Positions 24,943 through 35,692 of a DNA stretch of 64,000 bases are shown here, piece by piece. Each line of letters begins with the position of its first letter. Position 1 is the first letter of the stretch. A program made the translations under genes and the position numbers. Where the stretch lies: NCBI GenBank assembly GCA_977016875.1, contig CDRNST010000010.1, positions 3,286,001-3,350,000 on the forward strand, read 5' to 3'. Below the pieces are notes generated by a model. The model was given only the letters and a program-made list of their open reading frames with translations. It did no database searches and was not told the DNA's origin. Origin of the DNA: Pavona decussata. Lineage: Eukaryota.

Positions 24943-25398
24943 ATGAAGAAACTTTACACACCAAATCATAAGTTGTATGAGCAGTACTATGTTAATCAGG
25001 CAAAACAAAAAGGTGGAAATTTGCCAGCCTTTCATGGCGCTCGATCTCAGCGGGGCTATGGACTAGGTGGTATATTCAGAGGTCTGTTTCGCTGGGCGAT
25101 GCCTCATCTACGACAAGGTGCTAGAGTGCTTGGTAAAAAAGCCTTACAAACAGGTGTTAATGTTGCCCAGGATGTGATTGAGGGGAAGGATGTTAAGAGG
25201 GCGGTCCGTAAACGCGCTAAACAAGCCCTGAGTGATATTACTTCCCAGAGTTCTCTGCAAGAGCAGTCAGGTGGTGGTCGAAAAGCTATAAAAAAGAAAG
25301 CTGATCTTAAAAATATCAGTTCACCTCCAGGCAAGAAACGAAAAACAACTCCGCGGAAGCAACAACAAGGAACGTTTAAACTTTTATCGGAAAACTAA
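24943..25398 (+). CDS. Basic virion core/membrane-active protein with QxGxG putative protease cleavage sites
   Basis: QRGYGLGGIFRGLFRWAMP amphipathic helix after the GxG motif; Lys/Arg-rich tail; lies between mCP and MCP. Confidence 0.75.
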   Translation: MKKLYTPNHKLYEQYYVNQAKQKGGNLPAFHGARSQRGYGLGGIFRGLFRWAMPHLRQGARVLGKKALQTGVNVAQDVIEGKDVKRAVRKRAKQALSDITSQSSLQEQSGGGRKAIKKKADLKNISSPPGKKRKTTPRKQQQGTFKLLSEN

Positions 25399-25400
25399 GG

Positions 25401-26735
25401 ATGGCTTTTGTACACCGCGACTCAATAGAGTGTACGAAAATGGAGTTAGATCTTTTCACTGTTCCCACCACGCAGACGTCTATCACCAAAGGACAATGGA
25501 TAGAGTATCACCCTTTGACTAACATCACAGACAGCGGTCCCATCGAATTTAATGTCTCAGGATCTGGAGAAGAATACCTAGACCTGGCACGCACGCAGTT
25601 GTATGTCAAAGTCAAAATTACAAAACCAAACGGTGCCGTCTTAGACCTCAACGCACAAGTGGGCCCCGTGAATCTATTTCTACATTCCTTATTTTCACAA
25701 GTGGATGTTTCTTTAAACGAGCGACTGATCTCACCATCAACTAATACTTACCCTTACCGCGCTATGATTGAAACGTTACTAAACTACGGTGAGGATGCTA
25801 AGGCTAGTCAGCTGTCTATGGCCATGTTTTATAAAGATACCCCTGGAAAGATGGACGCAGTTAACCCCACGGCTGAGAATGATGTTGCAAACATGGGCTT
25901 GAAAGCTCGCTATGAGCTCACAAAGGGTAGTGATACGGTCGATATGACTGGTCCTATTCACAGTGACATTTTCTTTCAAGAGCGTTTATTACTGAACGGA
26001 GTTAACCTAAGGCTTAAGCTTAACAGAGCCAAGAATGCATTCTGCCTAGTCTCTTCAGCCACCGGTCCCAATTTCAAGGTGGTCATCACTGAAGCGATCT
26101 TGTATGTTAGAAAAGTTAAAATTGCTTCCTCTATCGCCTTGGGACATGCCGCTGCGTTAAAGCAAACTACTGCCAAGTACCCCATACGTCGAGTGGACTG
26201 TAAAGTTCTAACGATTCCAGGAGGTTTCGGGGCATTTAACCCAGATAATATTTTCTTGGGTCGCATTCCCAAGCGTCTAGTATTGGGATTAGTGGACACA
26301 GAAGCATACAATGGATCTTACACTGCTAACCCCTTCAACTTTAAACATCACAACCTAAGTCAGGTCGGTGTTTACGTGGATGGAGAGCAAATACCTCGGA
26401 AACCTCTCTTTCTCAAGTTTGAGAAAGCTGGCGGTCAGAATTTCATAACTGGCTTTCAGAGTCTTTTCTCTGGAATTGGGACGTTTTCCCAGGATAAGGG
26501 AAACCAGGTGACTCGAAGCGATTATCACCAGGGATACACCTTGTTTGCATTTGACATGACCCCGGATCATTGTCCGGGTGATCATTTTGAGCTTATAAAA
26601 CAAGGCAACCTTCGCGTAGAACTTCATTTCGCTCAGCCCCTTGCCAACACAGTAAACCTCATCATCTATGCAGAGTTTGAAAGTGTTATCGAAATTGACA
26701 CAAACCGAAACGTTCTCTACGACTACAACAACTAA
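25401..26735 (+). CDS. Polinton major capsid protein (double jelly-roll)
   Basis: 444 aa; ELDLF.VP.TQ, LHSLFSQVDVSLN, YPYRAMIETLLNY, NPFNFKH and GYTLFAFD motifs. Confidence 0.92.
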   Translation: MAFVHRDSIECTKMELDLFTVPTTQTSITKGQWIEYHPLTNITDSGPIEFNVSGSGEEYLDLARTQLYVKVKITKPNGAVLDLNAQVGPVNLFLHSLFSQVDVSLNERLISPSTNTYPYRAMIETLLNYGEDAKASQLSMAMFYKDTPGKMDAVNPTAENDVANMGLKARYELTKGSDTVDMTGPIHSDIFFQERLLLNGVNLRLKLNRAKNAFCLVSSATGPNFKVVITEAILYVRKVKIASSIALGHAAALKQTTAKYPIRRVDCKVLTIPGGFGAFNPDNIFLGRIPKRLVLGLVDTEAYNGSYTANPFNFKHHNLSQVGVYVDGEQIPRKPLFLKFEKAGGQNFITGFQSLFSGIGTFSQDKGNQVTRSDYHQGYTLFAFDMTPDHCPGDHFELIKQGNLRVELHFAQPLANTVNLIIYAEFESVIEIDTNRNVLYDYNN

Positions 26736-26737
26736 GC

Positions 26738-27259
26738 ATGAACACCATTGAGCTTTCACTCATTTTAAGAAAGGATAAATATACTAGTGCTGTGTTTCAA
26801 GGAGTCTACCCTTCAGACAAACTGCCGAGGAGTGTTTTGTCATACCCAGCCCTGTTTATTGCCAATGTGGATAGCAGTGACAAGCCCGGATCTTATTGGA
26901 TTGCATTCTACTTCACCAAGGAAAAACAGGGGGAATATTTCGATTCCTATGGGCAACCTCCAAGCAGTTATTCAAGAACATTTACTCCTTTTTTGAACAA
27001 CAACTCTAACAGCTGGATTTTTAATACTGTGACATTGCAAAGTATTAACTCGAAAGTTTGCGGACACTACTGCATATATTATGCCTTATTTCGCTGTCGT
27101 GATATAAGCATGAGCACTATTGTACACCGTTTTTCTAACAACAAACGAGGAAATGATTTTCTTGTTAAACGATTTGTCGAAAAATATTTTCCTCTAAGTC
27201 TAAAAAAATATACCCATGTAAACGCACAAGGAGTGATAGTACAGCACAAAGTTAAATAA
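26738..27259 (+). CDS. Adenain-like cysteine maturation protease; catalytic His replaced by Tyr in this copy
   Basis: NVDSSDKPGS(Y)WIA, YFDSYG, LQS, VCGHYC; TAT at 26894-26896 where CAT (His) is expected. Confidence 0.9.
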   Translation: MNTIELSLILRKDKYTSAVFQGVYPSDKLPRSVLSYPALFIANVDSSDKPGSYWIAFYFTKEKQGEYFDSYGQPPSSYSRTFTPFLNNNSNSWIFNTVTLQSINSKVCGHYCIYYALFRCRDISMSTIVHRFSNNKRGNDFLVKRFVEKYFPLSLKKYTHVNAQGVIVQHKVK

Positions 27260-27312
27260 ATACTCCATGTAATAAAGTTTTAAAGTTTTTTTATTGAGTG
27301 ATCACAATAAAG
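27254..27312. terminator. Bidirectional poly(A) signal region between convergent Polinton gene blocks
   Basis: Several AATAAA on the plus strand and TTTATT (minus-strand AATAAA) near 27290 in an AT-rich gap. Confidence 0.55.
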
Positions 27313-27355
27313 AAAAACATTTACATTGAAAAAAAAAAATGTCTGTTATCATGAT

Positions 27356-28126
27356 TTATAATCGTAACCAACGGACAGCTTGGGGACGTGAAGTTAACAC
27401 TCTTCGCTTTTGCTTTTTTATGGGGGATGTAGTAGTGACTGGTGTTGGAAGCCAACGGGACGGACTCTCTGGAGTTTCGTCTCTGACCTTAGTCTTAAAC
27501 TCGCGAATGACATTCTGTCTTTGGGGATTACGAACCAAGTTTTCGGGAACGTTCATTCGGGCTAGGCCTCTCGCAAAGACCGGCCATGCAACAGGTTCAA
27601 ATCCCTTGCGGTGGCGGAGTGCATCGTTGATTAAATCCACTAAGTGAGAGCCGGGAATCGCTTTGTTTTCGTAGATCAGCTCCCCTTTATCATTCCAATG
27701 CAACACATTCCGATTTTCTTTAATTTTATCCAAGAGTTGTCTTGCCCCCGTCTTGTAAACCTTAGGAACGCTTTTCAAAACTTCTTCCTCAACAGATGTC
27801 GCCACTGCTTGTGGTATCTCTTTACTATTTTCTAGCTTTGATAATTCGACGAGCGGTTCACTCTTTGTCATCGGTTGGGCTGCAATCTTAACGTTTAACG
27901 GTTGGCCTTTTCGCTGATCGTAATAAGTCAGATAGCGCTGTAATACTTGATTGTATAACCTCGCTTTCTCTTCGTCGTCTAGCTGTTTACTCGTCAAAAT
28001 GTCCGACATTTCGGCATCTAAACTCTTCAATTGCTGTGTGAGCGGTGGTGATAATACGTTTTGACGATTTTGTAATCGTTCTAGGGTATTCTCGGGAACG
28101 AGAACCATTCGTTTGGCGTGATTCAT
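27356..28126 (-). CDS. Conserved-type Polinton accessory protein, 256 aa
   Basis: LDAEMSDIL...EKARLYNQVLQRYL and WNDKGELIY...IPGSHLVDLI motifs I recognise from Polinton ORFs adjacent to the ATPase. Confidence 0.8.
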   Translation of the reverse strand: MNHAKRMVLVPENTLERLQNRQNVLSPPLTQQLKSLDAEMSDILTSKQLDDEEKARLYNQVLQRYLTYYDQRKGQPLNVKIAAQPMTKSEPLVELSKLENSKEIPQAVATSVEEEVLKSVPKVYKTGARQLLDKIKENRNVLHWNDKGELIYENKAIPGSHLVDLINDALRHRKGFEPVAWPVFARGLARMNVPENLVRNPQRQNVIREFKTKVRDETPESPSRWLPTPVTTTSPIKKQKRRVLTSRPQAVRWLRL

Positions 28127-28453
28127 TTATGTCAGGAGTGCGCTTAATACTTTTAACACGGGTGGCAACAAAAGTCCTAAGATATTTCCTCCGTGTTGGA
28201 CTAATATTTTCTTCTTCTTGTTCAGTGGTGTTGTTTTTTGCGCTAAAGCCACCAAGGCTCTCTTGTGTGTTAGCAGTTTTCTCTTAATTGATTTGCTGAC
28301 AGGTACCGTTTGTTCTAACACGTTGAGAATACACTCACAAATAGTTTTTACCAAAGCGTCGTCGGCAACTTTTAGAATCACTTTACGTTGCGCTGGAGTA
28401 CACCTTGCAAGGAGTTTCAGAAAATCGTGATTCTTTCTCAGACGCTGAGCCAT
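28127..28453 (-). CDS. Small Polinton accessory protein (PW-like), ~108 aa
   Basis: LVKTICECILNVL...KKKILVQHGGNILGLLLPPVL; its stop codon abuts the next ATG. Confidence 0.8.
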   Translation of the reverse strand: MAQRLRKNHDFLKLLARCTPAQRKVILKVADDALVKTICECILNVLEQTVPVSKSIKRKLLTHKRALVALAQKTTPLNKKKKILVQHGGNILGLLLPPVLKVLSALLT

Positions 28454-28489
28454 GCTCAACTGATGTTCTATCACTATGATGCAGTCTTT

Positions 28490-29131
28490 TTATACCTTTT
28501 TGACGTAAGCAATCTGAGTCTCCCCGGGGAAAATGTTGGTTCTCAAGCGGAAGTCCTTCGGTGTTTCCGCTTTAAAATCACAAAACAAGTAACCATAAGC
28601 TTTGTCGGTGGCGTCTTGAAATGATTCGCGCATAAAATTCACGTGGCCGGGGAAGATCTGCTTTGCCAAGTGAATAACTTGACTGCTATCTCTCGGAGAC
28701 TTGAACAAAACCAAATAATGACAGTTCAAACTCATATCTCTCAATTCTTTTCCACGGTGAAAAATGTTTTGCAAAATAAAGATAACACTGAGGTTTCGAT
28801 GATGACAGCCTTTAGTAAACAAACTGGTGATTCGCTGATCGTTACTCAATTCGTGCATCAAATCATCGAGGACCACAAGATTCCGAATAGACGGATCTAA
28901 CATTGACTCCATATTATCAGGAAGACCTTCTATGAACTTTATGGTTGGCAGACTTTTCAAGATTTCATCGTAAGTAGGTTGATAAAATCCGTAACACCAT
29001 ATAATATTCTCAGGGGCACCGTCAATGACTTGTTCTCCCGATTCAAGTAAACGTTTTACAAACTGAGTCTTACCACAGCAAGTTGGACCAGCTACTAAAG
29101 CCGGGAAAGGGTGTTTCAGTCTTGGGTCCAT
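28490..29131 (-). CDS. A32/FtsK-like genome packaging ATPase
   Basis: Walker A GPTCCGKT, Walker B LVVLDDLM, FTKGCHHRNLSVIFILQN. Confidence 0.93.
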   Translation of the reverse strand: MDPRLKHPFPALVAGPTCCGKTQFVKRLLESGEQVIDGAPENIIWCYGFYQPTYDEILKSLPTIKFIEGLPDNMESMLDPSIRNLVVLDDLMHELSNDQRITSLFTKGCHHRNLSVIFILQNIFHRGKELRDMSLNCHYLVLFKSPRDSSQVIHLAKQIFPGHVNFMRESFQDATDKAYGYLFCDFKAETPKDFRLRTNIFPGETQIAYVKKV

Positions 29132-29198
29132 ATTTCCAAATGATTGATTGAACTGCATCCCCTACCATTTATAGAAAAATGGTTCTAGGTTCACCCTC

Positions 29199-29369
29199 TT
29201 ACTCGTAAACACGGAGCATCTTGGTGTTTTGTAGTTTAGCGAACTGTAACCAATACTTGCGTTCCATCTCGGTTAACTCGTGTACCTGACTTAAATGATT
29301 TGCTAATCTTACTAAAAATTTAGACGCACAGCCAGGGATGGGACAATGTTTACATTTTAGTCTCTTCAT
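29199..29369 (-). CDS. 56-aa C2H2 zinc-finger microprotein (below the ORF track cutoff)
   Basis: Hand translation: MKRLKCKHCPIPGCASKFLVRLANHLSQVHELTEMERKYWLQFAKLQNTKMLRVYE*. Confidence 0.65.
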   Translation of the reverse strand: MKRLKCKHCPIPGCASKFLVRLANHLSQVHELTEMERKYWLQFAKLQNTKMLRVYE

Positions 29370-29755
29370 GTTACCCCTATGAAAGGTTGATTAAAACTGA
29401 CGAAAATGATTTAAAACATGAAATTTATCGGGCATTAAGGGCACGAAGGGCAGAAGGGGCATTTTTTAGCGCACTGTTTTCCCTAAGAGCTCGTGTGAGA
29501 CACGCAACGAAGTTTGCGTGAAGAACCCACGCGTGGGATCGCGCGTGGAGTTCGCGTGTGCATTACTAGTCAGAGATCAAGCCAAGTTTCAACCAACTTA
29601 GTTTATTTATGTTATCACAAACTTATATACATATCTATATTTATACAATCTTTAAAACTATTTGGAAGGAAGATAAATAATATAATACAATATTTCTATA
29701 GCACTTATATATCGTTGTTCTTAACCTTAACAAAAAATTTAATTACAGCACATAG

Positions 29756-32700
29756 TTAAATTTCTAGAGGCACCGTGGTAACTCCATCTTCTAACACTTT
29801 TCGTTTAGGGTAAAAATACGAAAATCCATCCCTGATTTGTTCATAGGTATACATACTATTGTCGACTACCCGAAAACCTTTGTTCAAACCCGAACTACTC
29901 TTTTTGGTCAGCAGAACATTAAGATATTTTTCTTTGTTAATGTCGTTTGTTTTTTTATTGACCCCTTTACAACTGAACTGGTCATAAGCACCAAAACAAT
30001 AGTACGTCTTACTACTGAGACCAATTATTCCATCGCCCGACCATTCTTCTTTAAAAAGCCCAGGGGTTCTTTTATCGTAAGCTTTGTTTTCGTTTGTGTC
30101 GGTTCGAGGGAACCAGTTACACTTATCTTGTTGAAATTCTTCCTTTAACTCTGGCCTTACTAAACTCTCTACTGATGGACCTGAAAGGGCTATGTACGCT
30201 GAGTCCGTATCCATCTCACAATACTGAAAATCGCTACGATCTAGATATTTATCCATAAAGTCAAAATAAAACTGAAGCATTCTAAGTTTAGCGTACTGGT
30301 ACACAAAAAAACCGATTTGCATGGGTAGATTTAATTTGATTTTTTTCTTACAAGATTGTACTTCATACGTATTCGCATCAATTTGATCAATTTGTCTGAA
30401 GAAGGGCTTGTTGATGAGACGGGAAGCTTTGGTTTCTTCACAAAACTTGACCTCTCGATGGCGCTCCTGATCTGTAATCGTCTTTCCATAACTAGAGTTG
30501 CCAACCTATAAATAAAATGTATGAACTCGTAAATAAAACAGATGTAAACAATAAACGAAACAATAGACTTTTTTCAGATAAAATGGTACTTACCAATTTC
30601 ATTGTATCCGCGATAATAGCTTTATTTGGGTCAACATCTCCCGCACGTCTAGCATCGGACACAGCTTCCCCAAAGGGTTGGAAACAAGGAACGGGTGTGT
30701 ACTCTATCACCTGGTAGATGTGGGTCACGTCTAATCCATGCTCAAGGTACCATTTGATAAGCGGTGTGGCCAACAGGACCTTCTCTCCGAAATAACTACC
30801 GATGAGGCTTCTTCGAGCTTGTGGCATGATATTTTGCTCCTCAGCAAACGCTTTCATGTACTCGCCAATGTCATCTCGAGATATTTCCGTGTTTTTGAAG
30901 ATGGGACACATTTCTGCAAATTTAGGTTTCAGATGGTCCGGTACCTGAACGTCACACTCCACCACTCCAAACAGAGATTCGTTACAGATTGCTTTTAAAA
31001 TCTGATCTTTAGTTAAAGTCTCGTGATGGTCCAGGGGACGCTGAAATTTAGTGGACAGAAAGTGTTGAACTTGTGAGTTTGTTTTCTTGAGTCGACGCCA
31101 CTGACATTCAAACACTTCAATGAGTTGATATCCTTGCTCTTCAATGTATTTGGAGTTACCTTTTGTTTCTGCTAGTAACTCTTTCATGGGTCGTTTTCTT
31201 TTTTCGTTCATTTCTTTTCCCTCTGTTAGATGGCAGTCGTGACCGTGCCACCAGCAACCATGGAACTGGAACACTGTTTGGGAAGGACCGTGAAAACCAT
31301 CCACGGGAAGTCTTCTTTCGCCTATGCGCTTTTCTGTGGCGTTGATCTGGTGTCGTATGTGAATGCCACGGTTTTGAGCCTCCCATTCTAACCATTCTGT
31401 TGCAAGCTTGACAGAACTTTCTTTTTTAAATCCCGTTTCTTCTCTCCGTCTAGTAAACGAGCCGGTGGGCATATTTTGCATGATAGCCCACAGATACAGT
31501 GCATTGGCATCATATCCCACTATTTTCTGACACATTTTGGGTTCTTTTCCTTGGGCTGTCATTTCCACCTCTCTGATCTTGGTTTTGGTTTTTTCGTGGT
31601 AGCGATGAAATATGATGCTGGGGCCTCCTACCATGTTTTTCTTAAACAGCGTGTACAAGTCCTTGTTCTTTTCATCAAACAAGGAAAAGAAAATGCCAGG
31701 TTCCAGGGTGGTAAAGAGATAAGTTAATGTAACGCCAGGTATAGAAATGCCTTGTCTAAGCATGTCAATGTTTTTATTTTTCCAAAATGCGCACATCTTC
31801 TCCAGTGCATCACAAAAGGGTTGTACATCCAGGTTGTTATACCAGACAAGAAAATCTTTAAATGTTTGCATGTTGTTATCAGACCAAACGTTAAGGCAGT
31901 AGTGGTAATCTTCCTTGGAGATGTTGTCTTTCTTTAAAGAAGAGTAGAACGCTTCATGAGGAGGAAGGTATGTTTGATCTAACTTGTCCAGAGAGTCCAT
32001 CCACTCATAGGGGAAGAAGCCTTTAGTTTGTGGACACTCGTAAGCTTTAAGAAACTTTTCGTAACTAAATCCAGGCGCCAGGAAGTTGGTGACATCTAAG
32101 AAGCGGAGGTGTGCCGTCTTCAAGCACACAATATTATTATTGCGCTTAATAGTAAACAGAACTTCCTCGTTTTTGACCAGGACTGGGAAGAGAAATTCTT
32201 TTACGGCATTTAAATCATATTTTCCTGAGTTGAAGCCAAGTACAGGAAGCTCTTTCAGGTATTCGTCTAGTCTATTTCTCAATTTTTTCAAAGGGTGTTC
32301 TCTTTTCCACGTAGGTCCAGGTCTTTTTACTTCTGTTTTTTCGTTTGTATACTCTGGAAATTCTTTACGTTGTTTCTCGCGCCTATTATCCAGGGCACGG
32401 TAAAATGATGGCCCTTGCTCTTCCACCTCATCGTCTAGGAAAACACGATCTTCCTCCGTTTCAGACTCAATGTCTCCTTCTTCATTATCCGTTTCCATGA
32501 GATCTTCTCCCTCGTCATCACTATCTTCTTCTTCAGCGCAATCATTCCTTTTTGTCTGCTCCCTCGCGTTCGTTTCTAACTTCTCATTTATTGCGTCAAA
32601 AAGAAAGGAAAACTCTATTTTCATCCGGCGACAACTTTCTTGACTTATTTCTACTAGATAGGCGACCATCTGTTTGACAAGTTGTTTGGAATCCCCTTCG

Positions 32701-35067
32701 GAGACGAATCATTTGGGTTGATCGTAGCCTGGTACGTTTGAACAGACGCTGACACTCAAAGGGATGTGCTTGGTTTCCCAGGTTAATTTCTCTGTATTTT
32801 TGAGACCAGTGTTAGGGCTGAACATACACTCAAAATCAAAAGTAGCCCTGTAAGGAAAATATTTGAGATGTTGAGGAACGGTAAAGCCTTCGTCCTCTAG
32901 GAGCTGAAAGATGGTAGGTGAACTCTTGTACGCACCCCCAGGAAACTGATAACACACTTTAGCCTCACAGGTTCGCTCGTGACGATTTAACTTGAAGCCA
33001 TCTTTCCAATAGGTTCCGCATCGAGAGCAGCAGTACGATTTGGCGTATTTCTTCATATCTTTGATGTATGAAAAGTGGTTCTGGTACAGGTTAAGGTATA
33101 GAGTACTCGGGTAGTGGCAAAGGGAGCGATGTATCAATTGCGCTGCAATCTCTGGTGTAGAACCCTTGTCTTCTTTTATCGTGTCTTCTTCACCCTCTTC
33201 TCCGTCAGGTTTGGTAGGTTCAAGGCAATAGACGAAAAGGTTAACTTCAAATAGATGTTCTAGGTCGGACAGTTCTGTAAGCTTCACACCACAAAATTTC
33301 TTTTTCTCGGGAAACGTTTCGCGATATCTCTCGTAGTAGTGTTTAGCATCTCTCTCTAAGTTTTTCGGGTGACAGCCGTTATGAACAGCCAGGGCTCGGA
33401 AGAAACAGAGGTTATCGGTGTAAACTTTTCCATTGTTGTGATCGCGATCCAAGGTAACTAAACCATGGTTTTCAGCGAGGTAAGCAGGTAGATCTGTGCC
33501 TCGTCCTATGGTGTGGCCTCGAAGCTTCGTTATGAAAAATGTGACATTAGTCACTTGCTCTACGACCCATTTAGAGTTGGGGCGTCGCTGACGCACCCAT
33601 TCTAGTACATCAAGATTTTGCAGTGCTTGATGAACGCTTTGTAAATCAGCCGCGGTTGAAATCTGGAACGGTTCTTCGAAAACTTGATCGTTGTTTCGGG
33701 ACGCGTAATAATATTGCAGTTGGCCAGTTTCGTTATTACGCAGTATAAATCCAAAAGACACATTCAGCTTAAACACCGTGGACTGATCAGTAAATATGTC
33801 GTCAAGATGTTGTATAATCTGTTGCGGTTGAAGGGAAGTCAGGCGATAATTGTACCAGTCCAAAAGACGGTTTTGTCTGTTAAAGCGAGTCCTTATTTGA
33901 TACCAATGGCGCCGGTACTCAGGGACAGGGCTTTGCTCGTCTTCTGGAAGGTCAGCCAAGGCCCTGGGGTCTTCTTGCCAGTTTGTACTTGAAGCTGCTT
34001 TTTTCTCGATAAGATTTCGCTTTATTTTCTTGGCGCTTGGTCCTGAATAAAGTAATCATACACAAAATGCCCGATGTTAATCCCTTGCATAATAAAACGA
34101 TTTCATACTCCATTGTTTTAGCATAGCTCAAATTTAACTTCATTTAATTAGCAACGTTAATCCTTGACACAAAGAAATTGTTCCACTTCACTTCTTTTTC
34201 GTCGGAAATTTAATTTGCATACGATACCATACAATCATTAACATATTGTAGTCTGCTGTAAAAAACAAACAAGTGCTTTGTATCGCACAGATACGATGGC
34301 AAAGTTTATCTTACTGAGTTCTTACCTGAGTCATCATCGCGTGCTCGTTTTGTGGCTGCAGAAGGGTTGCTGTGAGCAGTTTTCTGGTGAGCTCGAAATG
34401 GGGCCACGTTGTGAAAGATCTCTCCGCAGGTAAGGCACTTATATTCACGCTGAGCTGCTCGCTTTTTGTGCACTTGTTGTTCGTGGCGTTGTAAATCAGA
34501 TTTGCGATGGAAGGTCTTGTCGCATTTGGAACATTGATGTTTCTTTATCTTTAAATGAGTCTCTTCGTGACGTTTCAATTTGTCTGCTCGAGTGAAAACT
34601 TTTCCACAAGTCCCACATTCATTTCTAGACTTTTTGACAGACGGCACGTCTGCGTCATCCTACAAAACAATAAACAAGCGTATTAGCATCTCGATAAACT
34701 CAACAATATTCAAAGTTCAATCGATGGTACCTGAGCTGGTCGTTTTCTGCCGGCTCCATTTTGTAAATCGCTTCCAAGAAGCTGTTCAATATCCTGAAAA
34801 AAGGAATAAAATTTGTGAGTTTTGTAAAGTTATCGAGTAGAGGTATTGAACAATACAAGACAAAAAAAATCGACTTTGTTGTAATAAAAAAGACAATCAA
34901 TTGGTTAAGTCTTGAAAACAAATACACTAGATTTCAAAATTGGTACTACATACCATGGGAAATGTCAACGCCATCATTTGATCCACTGCGAGACAAAGCT
35001 GATCACTTGGTATCTCGTTGTGCCAGATACAATTTTCAAATTCGTTCAAAATAGTATCAACATCCAT
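29756..35067 (-). CDS. Protein-primed family B DNA polymerase, 5 exons, ~1569 codons, with an in-frame premature TGA at 32711-32709
   Basis: Exons 35067-34954, 34793-34731, 34659-34326, 34042-30594 and 30505-29756 join in frame through GT-AG introns. Three C2H2 fingers, OTU-like DNLCFF/NHF, ExoI FDFE, ExoII FNSGKYD, motif A YDANALY, Vsr-like VDGF..FHGCWWHGH, motif B MKL|VGNSSYG, motif C DTDS. Confidence 0.92.
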
Positions 35068-35082
35068 GATTTCTACTGAAAC

Positions 35083-35689
35083 TCACAATTTGTGAATGAT
35101 GTACTTGGCCGCTATTGCGTTTTTATACACTTAAGGACAATGGCTATAGGCTATGACATCATGTATCCAAAAATAACTTCAAAAACCTGTCAAACCGGTG
35201 ATACCGCCCATGACTGCCATAAGTTAAAAATAGAGCATGACATCATTGATCAACCTGTCAAACCAGTTCATAACCTGTTCGTAAGACTAAACTTAAATAT
35301 GACGTCATCCTAGAATGAGTTAAAAATAGAGCATGACATCATTGATCAACCTGTCAAACCAGTTCATAACCTGTTGGTAAGACTAAAATAAAATATGACG
35401 TCATCCTATAATGAGTAATCAAGACAATAGGCGGTGACGTCATCGTCGTTAATTTATGCCACCGCGTATTAATGAGAAACCACCGCGTTAAAAACAGAGC
35501 ATGACATCATTGATCAACCTGTCAAACCAGTTCATAACCTGTTGGTAAGACTAAACTTAAATATGACGTCATCCTATAATGCGTGATCAAGACAATGGGC
35601 GGTGACGTCATCGTCGTTAATTTATGCCCCCGCGTATTAATGAGATTCCCCCGCGAAAATCCGGACAAAAACATCCCCCCCTCACTACT
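35083..35689 (-). repeat. Polinton right TIR (607 bp)
   Basis: Reverse complement of 21203-21809. Confidence 0.95.
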
Positions 35690-35692
35690 TAC

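Larger units (their letters stand above)
21203..35689. mobile_element. Full-length Polinton/Maverick (adintovirus-like endogenous dsDNA virus), 14,487 bp
   Basis: AGTAGT...ACTACT termini, 607-bp TIRs, 6-bp TSD TACCTT (21197-21202, 35690-35695); encodes INT, pPolB, ATPase, protease, MCP and mCP; empty paralogous sites at ~43209 and ~52946. Confidence 0.98.

Noticed and set aside
32709-32711. Selenocysteine or programmed readthrough at the PolB TGA
   Set aside because: No SECIS or readthrough context evident; a second lesion in the protease favours simple decay
34306-34647. Stand-alone C2H2 zinc-finger gene
   Set aside because: Flanked by good splice sites and joins pPolB in frame as exon 3
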